Origin: an uncultured virus (IMG/VR IMGVR_UViG_3300029288_000147)
Taxonomy: Duplodnaviria; Heunggongvirae; Uroviricota; Caudoviricetes
DNA length: 64,000 nt
Strand: one strand, 5' to 3'
Virus record (IMG/VR): IMGVR_UViG_3300029288_000147
This document shows positions 36,448 through 45,182 of this stretch, piece by piece. A model generated the notes under the pieces. The model saw only the letters and a list, made by a program, of their open reading frames with translations, made no database searches and was not told where the DNA came from. Every line of letters starts with the position of its first letter. Within the stretch, counting starts at the first letter, position 1. Both the position numbers and the translations under genes were made by a program.

Positions 36448-37230
36448 TCATACTTTAACCTTTCTTTTTTTTGTTGTTTGCCTTTTTACATTATCTTTTT
36501 TGTCTTTTTGGGATGTATAAACATTTGTTTCATTCATTATTGAATCTATAATGTCTCCTGTATAACCAAGTTGCTCCCTATCTTTTATTTCACCATTTAC
36601 AACTTTCAAGTATGTAAATATTGCATCTTCTGTTTTGTTACACAATGCAGAATTTTTATATGGTACACCATACGCTTTGAATACCGATGCTTTTTTATCT
36701 CTTTTAGGTGTAACATAAACCGATATGTTTTTACCAATTTTTACAGAATTAAGATCACATCTCCATTTTTCTTCTGATCTGCTATCGTATACAAAGAAGA
36801 AATATTGATTACCAACCATTGAAACTGTTTTGTATATCCTTAAATCTGTTTTGAATCTCCAATTTTCTTTTTGTTTTTGATTTGGTGATATTTCTCTATC
36901 AAACCATTGGCCAGAAGAAAGCATATTAGAATTTGGGTCATTTTCTTGATGATTGTACAAAAGGTGTTCAAACCTATGACCAGTTACTTTCTTACGTGCT
37001 TCTCTTTTTTCATTTGGTGTTTTAATGACCTTCTTATTGAAGTCATAACCCCAAATTTTATCTTCTAGTTCACGAAACACAACTTCAAAATAAAAAAACC
37101 ACTGATATTCATTCCAAGGTTTGTTTTTATCTCTACAATTTTTTGCAACAGTTCTTATTAAAGAATCATTTGATCTTTTTTCAACTGCTGTTTCAATTAC
37201 AGATTTTGTTCCATTAATTTTACGAGACAT
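36448..37230 (-). CDS. Hypothetical protein
   Basis: 260-aa ORF directly behind a promoter motif. Confidence 0.6.
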   Translation of the reverse strand: MSRKINGTKSVIETAVEKRSNDSLIRTVAKNCRDKNKPWNEYQWFFYFEVVFRELEDKIWGYDFNKKVIKTPNEKREARKKVTGHRFEHLLYNHQENDPNSNMLSSGQWFDREISPNQKQKENWRFKTDLRIYKTVSMVGNQYFFFVYDSRSEEKWRCDLNSVKIGKNISVYVTPKRDKKASVFKAYGVPYKNSALCNKTEDAIFTYLKVVNGEIKDREQLGYTGDIIDSIMNETNVYTSQKDKKDNVKRQTTKKRKVKV

Positions 37231-37278
37231 TTTTAAAACCTTTTTTGATGTTTACGGAGGGACTAAAAATTAATGTAT

Positions 37279-37308
37279 ATAATATAATACATTATTTTGT
37301 TATATAGA
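37279..37308 (-). promoter_or_regulatory. Conserved phage promoter motif, copy 7
   Basis: TCTATATAACA-N13-TATTAT. Confidence 0.6.
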
Positions 37309-37581
37309 AATGATATAAGTTATTGTTTTATTAATTACTTATCTATTTTATCTATATATCTTTTGAGCGGAGCTATTAATATTGTTGTTATTGATACTTT
37401 AATAAGAGTAAATATAACAAATATTGTTCCATATATTCTTGTATTATTTAAGTATTGTAAAGTATCTGTATTATGATTGTAAGAATTTATAACATGATAA
37501 AAGTATATTATTGCTAAAGTGTACAATATAATGTTTCCTAATATTACGGTGTAATAAGGTTTCTTCAATAAATTTTTTATA

Positions 37582-38043
37582 TTATTCATATATTACAATT
37601 TCCACATTAGTTTGTCGTATTTCATTTATTATCTTTTGTTTCATTTTATTCCAATCTAACCCCCCTAACCCACAACCTAATTTAGGCATTGCAATACTTT
37701 TTATATCAGAATGTTTTAATTTCTTTATTAGAGATTTTATACCATTTATTATCCATTTTTCTTTAGAGGAATTCTTGTAATGTATTTTTGTGGGGAATAA
37801 ACATATATATTTTGGTTGTTTTGTTAATTTATTCTCCATTATAACTGGATTTTCTATTGTGAGAGCTTCATTAGTACAAAGGTCTTTATAGATATATTCT
37901 ATACCTAAAAATTTTTCTTTGCATTGTTTTGCTAATCCTGCTCCCATAACGCCTACTATATTTACAGGAATAATTATGCAATCACAATTAGAATTAAATA
38001 TATCATCTGAATATCTGAATTTAATATTATTATTTTCACTCAT
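37582..38043 (-). CDS. Macrodomain protein (ADP-ribose hydrolase, DarG/Poa1p-like)
   Basis: PVNIVGVMGAGLA, FPTK, SIAMPKLGCGLGGLDW. Confidence 0.85.
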   Translation of the reverse strand: MSENNNIKFRYSDDIFNSNCDCIIIPVNIVGVMGAGLAKQCKEKFLGIEYIYKDLCTNEALTIENPVIMENKLTKQPKYICLFPTKIHYKNSSKEKWIINGIKSLIKKLKHSDIKSIAMPKLGCGLGGLDWNKMKQKIINEIRQTNVEIVIYE

Positions 38044-38254
38044 AATTATACTTTTGAAATGCGTATATCATATTTTTCTTTTGTTTGACTAATGACATTA
38101 CTATCATTTGTTGCCCAACAATCAATATACGTTATCGACCATTGTTTCCATTTCCACCCTAATTCATCTAACTTTGATTTTTTACCCTTATCAAAACTTT
38201 GAAAACAAATATAATACTTATATTTCTTTGAATATGTTATATTCAACTTTTGTT

Positions 38255-38773
38255 TCATGATGTTTTTTTCCATTCTATATTTTTTTCATTTGATGAATAT
38301 TTCGAAACCATTGAATAAAAATTATTTTTTTCAAGTCTATTTACAATAATCATATCAGAATTTTTTATAAGAAAACTATCACAGAAAAACTTAAATACTT
38401 TTTCATAATCAAATGATTTGCAGCTAAATACATCTGTCGCAAATGTCATCATTTCTGGCCAAGTATGTATTGTTGCATGAGATTCAAGCCATATTGTGAC
38501 ACCAGATATACCAGATTGTTCAAAATTTCTTATAAGAAGATGTCTTTTCATCTCCTTTAATGCTTGTGATTTTATATTTTCTTTATTAAGTCTTTCAGTA
38601 TATTTTTGAAGTTCTGAATTTGCAAATGGGAAACTTGCGACTAACGGTGGGTATACTAATGTCATATCAGCAACTTTTGATAATTCTTCTAGAAAATTAT
38701 ATATGAAATTTCTATCTGTCAATAATTTTCTGTTTGTACAGTGAGCATCTATAATAAGGTGGCATCCATTCAT
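38255..38773 (-). CDS. speD: S-adenosylmethionine decarboxylase proenzyme family
   Basis: GCHLIID, GISG..LESHATIHTWPE (E|S autocleavage), DVFSC. Confidence 0.8.
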   Translation of the reverse strand: MNGCHLIIDAHCTNRKLLTDRNFIYNFLEELSKVADMTLVYPPLVASFPFANSELQKYTERLNKENIKSQALKEMKRHLLIRNFEQSGISGVTIWLESHATIHTWPEMMTFATDVFSCKSFDYEKVFKFFCDSFLIKNSDMIIVNRLEKNNFYSMVSKYSSNEKNIEWKKTS

Positions 38774-39079
38774 TCTTTCTCTCCTTAAATTAGATAATTA
38801 ATGTTTTGTTCAAAAAGAAAGCGCCCACTGCTTGTCATTAATAATGCATTAAGTCATTGCCTTCTTCGTCTTTTTATTTTTTATTTGTTCGTGTCTTTCA
38901 TAGAGTTTAAATATTCTATCAATATGTTTACAATATATTTTTGTTGAATATGGGCTTTTTATCCCATGTCTATTATAAAAATCATCTTTCCATAAGCCTA
39001 TTTCATATATAATTTGTTTCTCAATATCATCAATTGATTCATTCATATTATTACCTCTTTATATTTTAAAATAATTTTG

Positions 39080-39155
39080 TGACATTAATGGGGTTCGAAC
39101 CCATATCAACCAGGTTGAGAACCTGGTATCCTATTCCTATTTAGACGATAATGTC
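39080..39155 (-). tRNA. tRNA-Glu(CTC)
   Basis: Cloverleaf; loop TT-CTC-AA; no CCA. Confidence 0.88.
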
Positions 39156-39163
39156 AAATTTTG

Positions 39164-39234
39164 CTGGAGAATAAGGATTCAAACCTTAATGCTCTGATTC
39201 AGAATCAGATATCCTGTCGTTAGATGATTCTCCA
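39164..39234 (-). tRNA. tRNA-Gln(CTG)
   Basis: Cloverleaf; loop TT-CTG-AA. Confidence 0.82.
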
Positions 39235-39242
39235 ATGTCATG

Positions 39243-39316
39243 AGCCTCTATTGAGAATTGAACTCAAATTAATAGTTTACGAGACTATTGTTTTTTGCCA
39301 TTTAAACTATAGAGGC
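39243..39316 (-). tRNA. tRNA-Thr(CGT)
   Basis: Cloverleaf; loop CT-CGT-AA. Confidence 0.85.
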
Positions 39317-39334
39317 GTCATCTTAGCAAGCTAG

Positions 39335-39410
39335 TCGAGGTGGTGGGATTTGAACCCACGTACCCACGGCCCCAAACCGCGTGAGATAAACCGAACTCCT
39401 CTACACCTCG
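39335..39410 (-). tRNA. tRNA-Pro(TGG)
   Basis: Cloverleaf; loop TT-TGG-GG. Confidence 0.85.
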
Positions 39411-40019
39411 ATTTAATTTATTCTTTTGCTACAGTATCCTTATGAAGTTGAAAATCTATTATGTTTTTATTTATGTCAGATAATTTTTGTTTATATATTT
39501 TAAGTAAAGTTTTAAATGCAGATAACTGGCATTTTTCTTTATTATCAGTACCAAAAATCATTATATTTTTTTTGCATAAATTAATATTTTTTTCTATTAA
39601 ATCTTTGTCTATAATTAGAGAATTATAATAATCCCAATTCTGTATGTTATTTTTTTTCATAAAACTTCATTTATTTTTATTATTTTTTAAAATATACTTC
39701 AGTAGATAGCGCTACCCACGTGATATCATCGTTTATTTCTACAATATCAGAATAATTATTGTCGTCTTTTTCATAATGCGCCTCAAATATTTTCTTATAT
39801 GAACTATTTATTTTTATTGGGTGTAATCTCCATAATCCATCATTATCATAGTTTACTTTTATTACTATACCATTAGATAGCGTTAAATATCTATAATAAT
39901 CTTCTTCAGTTAAACATACATTAAATTCTTCAAGAATGTCACCTTCTATTTCTATTAGATCATCAGAACGACCGTATATTTTTATCATGATATAATTTTC
40001 CTTATCTTTATTTAATTAG

Positions 40020-40093
40020 TGCACTCGGTAGGAATTGAACCTACTTAGTATTGGTTAAGAGCCAATTGCATATATCCGGTCTGCCACGAGTGC
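40020..40093 (-). tRNA. tRNA-Lys(CTT)
   Basis: Cloverleaf; loop CT-CTT-AA. Confidence 0.85.
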
Positions 40094-40099
40094 ATATAG

Positions 40100-40116
40100 A
40101 TGCTGATTTTCAGCAT
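40100..40116 (-). terminator. Hairpin just after the Ro60 stop codon
   Basis: ATGCTGA/TCAGCAT inverted repeat. Confidence 0.4.
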
Positions 40117-40123
40117 CATATAA

Positions 40124-41773
40124 TTATTGTTGTTTGTTTTCTATTCTATCCCATTCATCAATAAGTGCTTTCGCAAATATTGCTTCTTTACCAGTCCAAC
40201 CACTTAAGATTGCACCTCTGTAAAGATGTTCTGGAATAACTGAATTCTTATATCCGCCTGTTTGAACAGAAATTACATTAACCTTTTTATTTACTTTCTT
40301 ACGATATTCATCAACAAGTTTAAGAACGTCAACATATCGGTGATTTATTGTGTAATTTTTATATTCATCAGGATTTATTCCATATAGACCACCATGACCT
40401 GCTTGCATATCAGAATAAATAAATACAGTATCCCAATGTTCCTTGTTTCTAATAGCTTTGTCCCAAAACAACCAAATACCATTTTCTGTTGAGCCACCTA
40501 ATTTACGATGAACTCTTTCTATTGCATTGAGATCTTTAAGTTGATTAAGAACACCATTTCTTTTTGAAACAGAACATACTTCAAGTTTATCACCAAATAA
40601 TCCAACATATCCTTCATCAGCTGTCATCGCCGTCATTAATGATGATAAATTATCAATTTTACCTATCAATGTTTTTGAACCTTCAAATGTAAATGCGCCC
40701 CATGCTGAACCACTATTATCTGATAAGCACATAACTTTTCCATTTAATTTTGGATGCAGTTCTAACGCCTTATCTAAACAAAATTCTAATGCATCTAGAA
40801 CAAGTTGCCTATGGTTAATTGAAGAATTTTCAAGGATGTTATACGCTGTCCAATAACGATATGGAAATGCCATAGAATTAATAGATGAATTAACTAATGA
40901 ATCTAAAATCTTCTTTGCAAGTTCTAAATCAATATCTTCAGAGAATATTCCTCTTAAATTAAAAAGAATATCTTGATGGGTCATGAATGTTTTGTTGAAT
41001 ATATATTCCCATGTTCTACCGTCTGAACGATATGTTCTCCATGATACCTTATCTTCATCTGCTGTAACTTTACCATTCTTCATTAATTCGTCAATCAAAT
41101 CATTATGCGCATGTGTAATTCTTACAACATCAACTAAACCAATACCTTTATTCGCATGCTTTGCCATTTGATATCTGTCATATTCTTTGATTCTCTTTGC
41201 AATTGAATCTTTAAGAATTCTTGGTATACCATTTTTTGAACCATTTGCATAAATATAGTACTCAATCATTGATGTAAGGTCATCAGGTCTCTTTGCAACA
41301 ACTGAAACTATATCTTTAAATAGCCCTGGATATGTTGATGTAAATTCTTTTCTTTTTGGATGCATTGCAGCACGTACACAAATGACTGAAGGATTTAATC
41401 TCATCCAATATTTATTTCTCAATTCATCTGCAAATCTCATTGTAGCTGCAAAATCATATGATAATGCATCATCGATAGTCTTTTCCATAACATTAGCCGT
41501 TGTTAAGCCCTTATTTCTTTCTCTTAACAATAAAGCATATAATTCACCAAATAAACTATCTTGTAAATGATTAATGTTGCTAATAGTAGCTGGTGAAGAA
41601 TCACCATCTCTATAATATTGAGGTTCCCCAAAAATACAACTTGTTGCCATGATACGAAGTGCATCAAGTGGATTTAATTTGTAACTGATACCACCCATAT
41701 AATTTACTTCTGCTTGTTCTGCAAACTTTAATGCTATTGATGGTTTTTCTGCTGATTTTGTAAGTCTTGACAT
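40124..41773 (-). CDS. rsr: Ro60/Rsr TROVE-domain RNA-binding protein with C-terminal vWA domain
   Basis: FGEPQYY, LRNKYWMRLNP, RPDDL, YQMAK, DVVRITH, FPYRY, vWA MIDAS DNSGS and YSDMQ. Confidence 0.9.
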   Translation of the reverse strand: MSRLTKSAEKPSIALKFAEQAEVNYMGGISYKLNPLDALRIMATSCIFGEPQYYRDGDSSPATISNINHLQDSLFGELYALLLRERNKGLTTANVMEKTIDDALSYDFAATMRFADELRNKYWMRLNPSVICVRAAMHPKRKEFTSTYPGLFKDIVSVVAKRPDDLTSMIEYYIYANGSKNGIPRILKDSIAKRIKEYDRYQMAKHANKGIGLVDVVRITHAHNDLIDELMKNGKVTADEDKVSWRTYRSDGRTWEYIFNKTFMTHQDILFNLRGIFSEDIDLELAKKILDSLVNSSINSMAFPYRYWTAYNILENSSINHRQLVLDALEFCLDKALELHPKLNGKVMCLSDNSGSAWGAFTFEGSKTLIGKIDNLSSLMTAMTADEGYVGLFGDKLEVCSVSKRNGVLNQLKDLNAIERVHRKLGGSTENGIWLFWDKAIRNKEHWDTVFIYSDMQAGHGGLYGINPDEYKNYTINHRYVDVLKLVDEYRKKVNKKVNVISVQTGGYKNSVIPEHLYRGAILSGWTGKEAIFAKALIDEWDRIENKQQ

Positions 41774-41821
41774 GATTTTTCTCCTTCTGCTACGTTAATT
41801 TAACGTGAATTTATAAAATTG

Positions 41822-41885
41822 GATAGGAATAATAATAATGTTATTTTGTACGATATTAACGTTGTAAACATTATTCCGCTCTATC
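41822..41885 (-). ncRNA. Y-RNA-like element A (minimal, 64 nt)
   Basis: GATAG-AGCGG-AATAATGTT-TACAACG..AACATTATT..ATTC-CTATC. Confidence 0.7.
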
Positions 41886-42005
41886 AATATGGACAACTAT
41901 GTTAATGTTTTAGAGGTGGTAGTCATTAACTTGGAGTTAAGATTCTTGTTTCATAATCTCTCTATTTGCATCCTCACGCCTTCTTTGCCCATTTTCCAAT
42001 AATCA

Positions 42006-42150
42006 ATATAGGAATATTATAAATGATATTTTTTTTTACTGTGCTACCACTACACTATCTCCTCCATATAAACATAATTTGGGAGAAGATCAGGAATCGA
42101 ACCTGAGCCAGTAGCTTAATATGCGTTGTAATCATTTATCCGCTCTATAT
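42006..42150 (-). ncRNA. YrlA-like Y RNA (element B) with circularly permuted tRNA domain
   Basis: Same closing motif; interior has T arm CAGG-TTCGATT-CCTG, then loop-closed acceptor stem, then D arm GTG-TAGTGGTAG-CAC. Confidence 0.82.
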
Positions 42151-42164
42151 TTTAATAAATAAAC

Positions 42165-42252
42165 TAAACATGAATTTTGATAATGTTATTTTTTGTGTAT
42201 GACTTATTTCAATAATAATTTATACGTTGTAAACATTATCCCGCTATGTTTA
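42165..42252 (-). ncRNA. Y-RNA-like element C
   Basis: TAAACAT-AGCGG-GATAATGTT-TACAACG..AACATTATC..ATTC-ATGTTTA. Confidence 0.7.
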
Positions 42253-42255
42253 TTG

Positions 42256-42342
42256 TGTTCTCGGTGAGACTTGAACTCACAGGTTTAGGTTACCCATCCA
42301 TGGTTCTTAGCCATGTGACTTTCCCAATTTGTCTACGAGAAC
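42256..42342 (-). tRNA. tRNA-Leu(AAG)
   Basis: Cloverleaf with long variable arm; loop CT-AAG-AA. Confidence 0.82.
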
Positions 42343-42354
42343 ATATTGTAATTG

Positions 42355-42426
42355 TGGACCTGAGGGGATTCGAACCCCTTACTTCGCGGTGCAAGCGCAA
42401 TGTTTTCCCAATTATACTACAGGCCC
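42355..42426 (-). tRNA. tRNA-Ala(TGC)
   Basis: G3:U70; loop CT-TGC-AC. Confidence 0.85.
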
Positions 42427-42560
42427 ATAGATTATTTACAAAACTTAGGATTTATTAGCGCGTCTCACCATAACCCAGTTTCCATGATTCCTATTACAGA
42501 AACGCTCTTTCAAGGTGATACAGGTATTGAGGCTACGCACCATATTTTGTAAACAATTTG

Positions 42561-42634
42561 CGGTGCATACGAGACTCGAACTCGCACTAACTTGCCGCGA
42601 CAAAGCAAGGTTCTACACATTAAACTAATGCACC
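42561..42634 (-). tRNA. tRNA-Asp(GTC)
   Basis: Loop TT-GTC-GC; G73. Confidence 0.75.
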
Positions 42635-42640
42635 AAATTG

Positions 42641-42747
42641 TGGGAATACCCGGATTTGAACCGAGATTTGGTTCAGAGATAAATCTCGTCATAACCAACG
42701 ACTACTTATAAAGATGCTGTCTGTCTTTACCATTTGACTATATTCCC
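42641..42747 (-). ncRNA. tRNA-like RNA with aberrant anticodon arm and extended variable region
   Basis: Acceptor GGGAATA/TATTCCC, D and T arms intact, ~57 nt between D and T arms. Confidence 0.65.
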
Positions 42748-42809
42748 AGGCGATAAATCAACATAGTGTACTTTACGATCGATTATTTCCAAGCTATATT
42801 AATTTATCA

Positions 42810-42893
42810 TGGTGGTAGTGGTAGGACTCGAACCTACATAGCCTCACGGCGTCTGATTTACAGTCAGGTTACCTTGCCATCGGAATCACTACC
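42810..42893 (-). tRNA. tRNA-Tyr(GTA), CCA encoded
   Basis: Loop CT-GTA-AA, long variable arm, ACCA end. Confidence 0.85.
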
Positions 42894-43518
42894 TAATATT
42901 TTTTAAGAATGTTTTACCATAATATTTTTGCCAAATATTACCAAATTGATTTTCTATGGACAATAGTTCTTCTTTTTTTAACATATTAGAATGAACTAAT
43001 CTATGACAGTTAGGGCATAAATAACATAAGTTTGTATGATCATCAAAATTTTTTATTTTTTTACCATTTATATGATGTATATCACCAACCGCTTCATTCC
43101 AGCCACAATTTGAACATCCTATATTTTCATACCTTATTAGTCTTTTCATAATTTTTGAAATAGTTCTTTTACTTAATTGAGAAAATTTTTGAGGTTTTTG
43201 TATATTATGTTCAACCTTTCTTATACAATTACTACAATGTTTTTTTCTATCACTTTTAAAATATCTAATAAATTTTTTACCACATTTTTCACATATATGT
43301 GTTAACTGTTCCCGCTTACATTCTTCACATAATGAATCATTTTTTATATAAGCTGACGCTATAAATTTTTTGGAACATTTTTTACATATTATTTCTTTTG
43401 TGTATAATCTTATATGATGATTTTTTTTACATTCTCTACATACTTTATTATTAGGTGATCTTAGTCCAACTTTTAATTCTTTTTTACATATAAAACATTT
43501 TATTATTTTTGTTTTCAT
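42889..43518 (-). CDS. HNH endonuclease with multiple CxxC zinc ribbons
   Basis: CSNCGW..DIHHING..NLCYLCPNCHRLVH. Confidence 0.85.
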   Translation of the reverse strand: MKTKIIKCFICKKELKVGLRSPNNKVCRECKKNHHIRLYTKEIICKKCSKKFIASAYIKNDSLCEECKREQLTHICEKCGKKFIRYFKSDRKKHCSNCIRKVEHNIQKPQKFSQLSKRTISKIMKRLIRYENIGCSNCGWNEAVGDIHHINGKKIKNFDDHTNLCYLCPNCHRLVHSNMLKKEELLSIENQFGNIWQKYYGKTFLKNIR

Positions 43519-43583
43519 AATATTACTCTTATATCTATGTTTATATATATTAAATATAATGTATATTATGAAAAGTCACTATT

Positions 43584-43610
43584 TTTACAGTCAGGTGCCG
43601 TTACACTACC
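43584..43610 (-). pseudogene. 5'-half remnant of tRNA-Tyr
   Basis: GGTAGTG..ACCTGA-CTGTAAA matches the 5' acceptor strand and anticodon arm of tRNA-Tyr 42810-42893. Confidence 0.55.
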
Positions 43611-43873
43611 ATTTTTAATTTTATCTTGAATATAAGAAGTAAGAATATTTATTCCTTTATATTCGGGGATTACATCATAAGAATTATCTTTATTTCTTAT
43701 TTGATATTCTATTTTATATCTAGAATTTATAATAATTCTTAAAACGCCATATTTTGTTTCATATTTGCATTTTCCAAAGGTTTGCAAATCTACTAATAAG
43801 TCACTATAAAACTTGCAAATTTCATCTGTAATTAATTGCTCATTATCTTTAAATGTTTTCATTATTAAAACCT

Positions 43874-44257
43874 TTATTGTAATTCTAAACAATAATATTC
43901 ATTTCTATCTTCGTCGTTTTGTCTCAATATACTATGTTGAGTTGGGATAAAAATATTATCTTCAATTAGATATCCATATTGAGCCCATACATATTGATTT
44001 ATAGTATGTTCATCTAAGTTTCCACATCCTCGTATAGGATAAATTTTCATGCAAGTTACACAATCATTAGGTATGTCAATAATCATATGCACATCATTAG
44101 ATACAAATGCTGTATCATTTATTTCACAGAACCAATCTCCCACAGCTACAATCTTGACCACCCGATCATAAACATCTGTATTATTATATTGTGTAGGAGT
44201 GCTACAACTTAAACACAAAATAATAGACAATATTAAAATCAGATATTTGATGTTCAT
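43874..44257 (-). CDS. Putative lipoprotein
   Basis: Signal peptide with LSC lipobox-like sequence. Confidence 0.5.
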   Translation of the reverse strand: MNIKYLILILSIILCLSCSTPTQYNNTDVYDRVVKIVAVGDWFCEINDTAFVSNDVHMIIDIPNDCVTCMKIYPIRGCGNLDEHTINQYVWAQYGYLIEDNIFIPTQHSILRQNDEDRNEYYCLELQ

Positions 44258-44287
44258 TTATAAAATCCCTTATATAATTAATGTTTG

Positions 44288-44359
44288 CTCCCACCCGAGG
44301 GTTTGAACCTCAATTATCAGATTCAAAGTCTGATGTCCTGCCAATTAGACGAGATGGGA
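44288..44359 (-). tRNA. tRNA-Gln(TTG)
   Basis: Loop CT-TTG-AA. Confidence 0.88.
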
Positions 44360-44595
44360 ATATTTATTGTGTTTCTAATTCACCATATTTCATATTCATT
44401 TTAGCTGGGATTAATTGAATTAAATCATTCCCAGGTAATATTAAATGACGAGCGTATCCATTTTTTACTTTAATTTCAACATAATCACCATATTTATCAA
44501 TTTCATAAAATGATTTTGAATTAGATGCTTTTATAACCCAAAATGACTTTTTACCACTGGGAGTTTTCATTATTAGTTTATAATATGTCATAGTG

Positions 44596-44672
44596 TACTC
44601 GTGGTTGGAATCGAACCAACATGTTACCAATTAACCTTTCTACTCCTTATCAGAGAGAGGGTATACACGAGT
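44596..44672 (-). tRNA. Arm-swapped tRNA-like gene, anticodon GAT (Ile)
   Basis: Acceptor-TATACCCT-anticodon arm CTCT/CTGATAA/GGAG-D-like arm GTT/AATTGGT/AAC-T arm-A73. Confidence 0.72.
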
Positions 44673-44674
44673 AT

Positions 44675-44780
44675 AGGAAATAGTAGGATTTGAACCTACA
44701 CATATGTGCAGAGCATCGATGAATACACATACTTATCAACAATTTCTAAGATTGTCAGCTTAATCTTTGCTCATATTTCC
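44675..44780 (-). tRNA. tRNA-Leu(TAG)-like with ~39-nt variable arm
   Basis: ACAAT-CTTAGAA-ATTGT; oversized variable hairpin; U73. Confidence 0.65.
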
Positions 44781-44782
44781 TG

Positions 44783-44858
44783 TAGCCCGGGTAGGATTTG
44801 AACCTACGCATATTGGTATGTAACACCAGTGCCGTAGACCAGACTTGGCGACCGGGCT
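44783..44858 (-). tRNA. tRNA-Val(TAC)
   Basis: Loop GT-TAC-AT. Confidence 0.78.
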
Positions 44859-44863
44859 ATAGT

Positions 44864-44979
44864 AATTAAATAGGAATATAGAAGATGATGGTTCCAGTTT
44901 TTTTTAAGTGAACTTGGTAAAAACACTGAGCTGTGTTCAATGCATAGCGTTGTAATCACCTCCACCGCTCTATTTAATT
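44864..44979 (-). ncRNA. Y-RNA-like element D
   Basis: AATTAAATAG-AGCGG-TGGAGGTGAT-TACAACG..ATCATCTTCTA-T-ATTC-CTATTTAATT. Confidence 0.7.
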
Positions 44980-44980
44980 G

Positions 44981-45053
44981 TGCCGATGGGTGGAACCGAC
45001 CCACAACTCTCAAGTGCTTATGAAACACTGATTCTAACCCGTAGATCATCGGC
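44981..45053 (-). tRNA. Degenerate tRNA, anticodon CAT (Met/Ile2)
   Basis: Loop TT-CAT-AA; non-canonical T loop GTCGGTT and small D arm. Confidence 0.55.
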
Positions 45054-45072
45054 ATTAACCTTTATGCATTTG

Positions 45073-45166
45073 AAGCGGAAACGTGGGAGTCGAACCCACT
45101 ATCACGAGCTTATGAGGCTACGTATGGTATGACAAAATTAATTATCTTCCGTTCCACCCGTCCGCT
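45073..45166 (-). tRNA. tRNA-Met(CAT)-like with enlarged D loop
   Basis: Loop CT-CAT-AA, T arm GTGGG-TTCGACT-CCCAC, ~20-nt insertion in D loop. Confidence 0.6.
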
Positions 45167-45182
45167 ATAATTTATTTAATTG

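Noticed and set aside
3470..43560. Late-promoter-like TATTTATA/TATTTAATA upstream of several genes (near 3485, 4668, 6770, 34140, 43552)
   Set aside because: Plausible, but too AT-rich to distinguish from background without a statistical test.
41822..44979. CRISPR-like array from the recurring CGTTGTAA..CCGCT motif
   Set aside because: Irregular spacing, covarying rather than identical repeats and no cas genes; better explained as Y-RNA-like genes.
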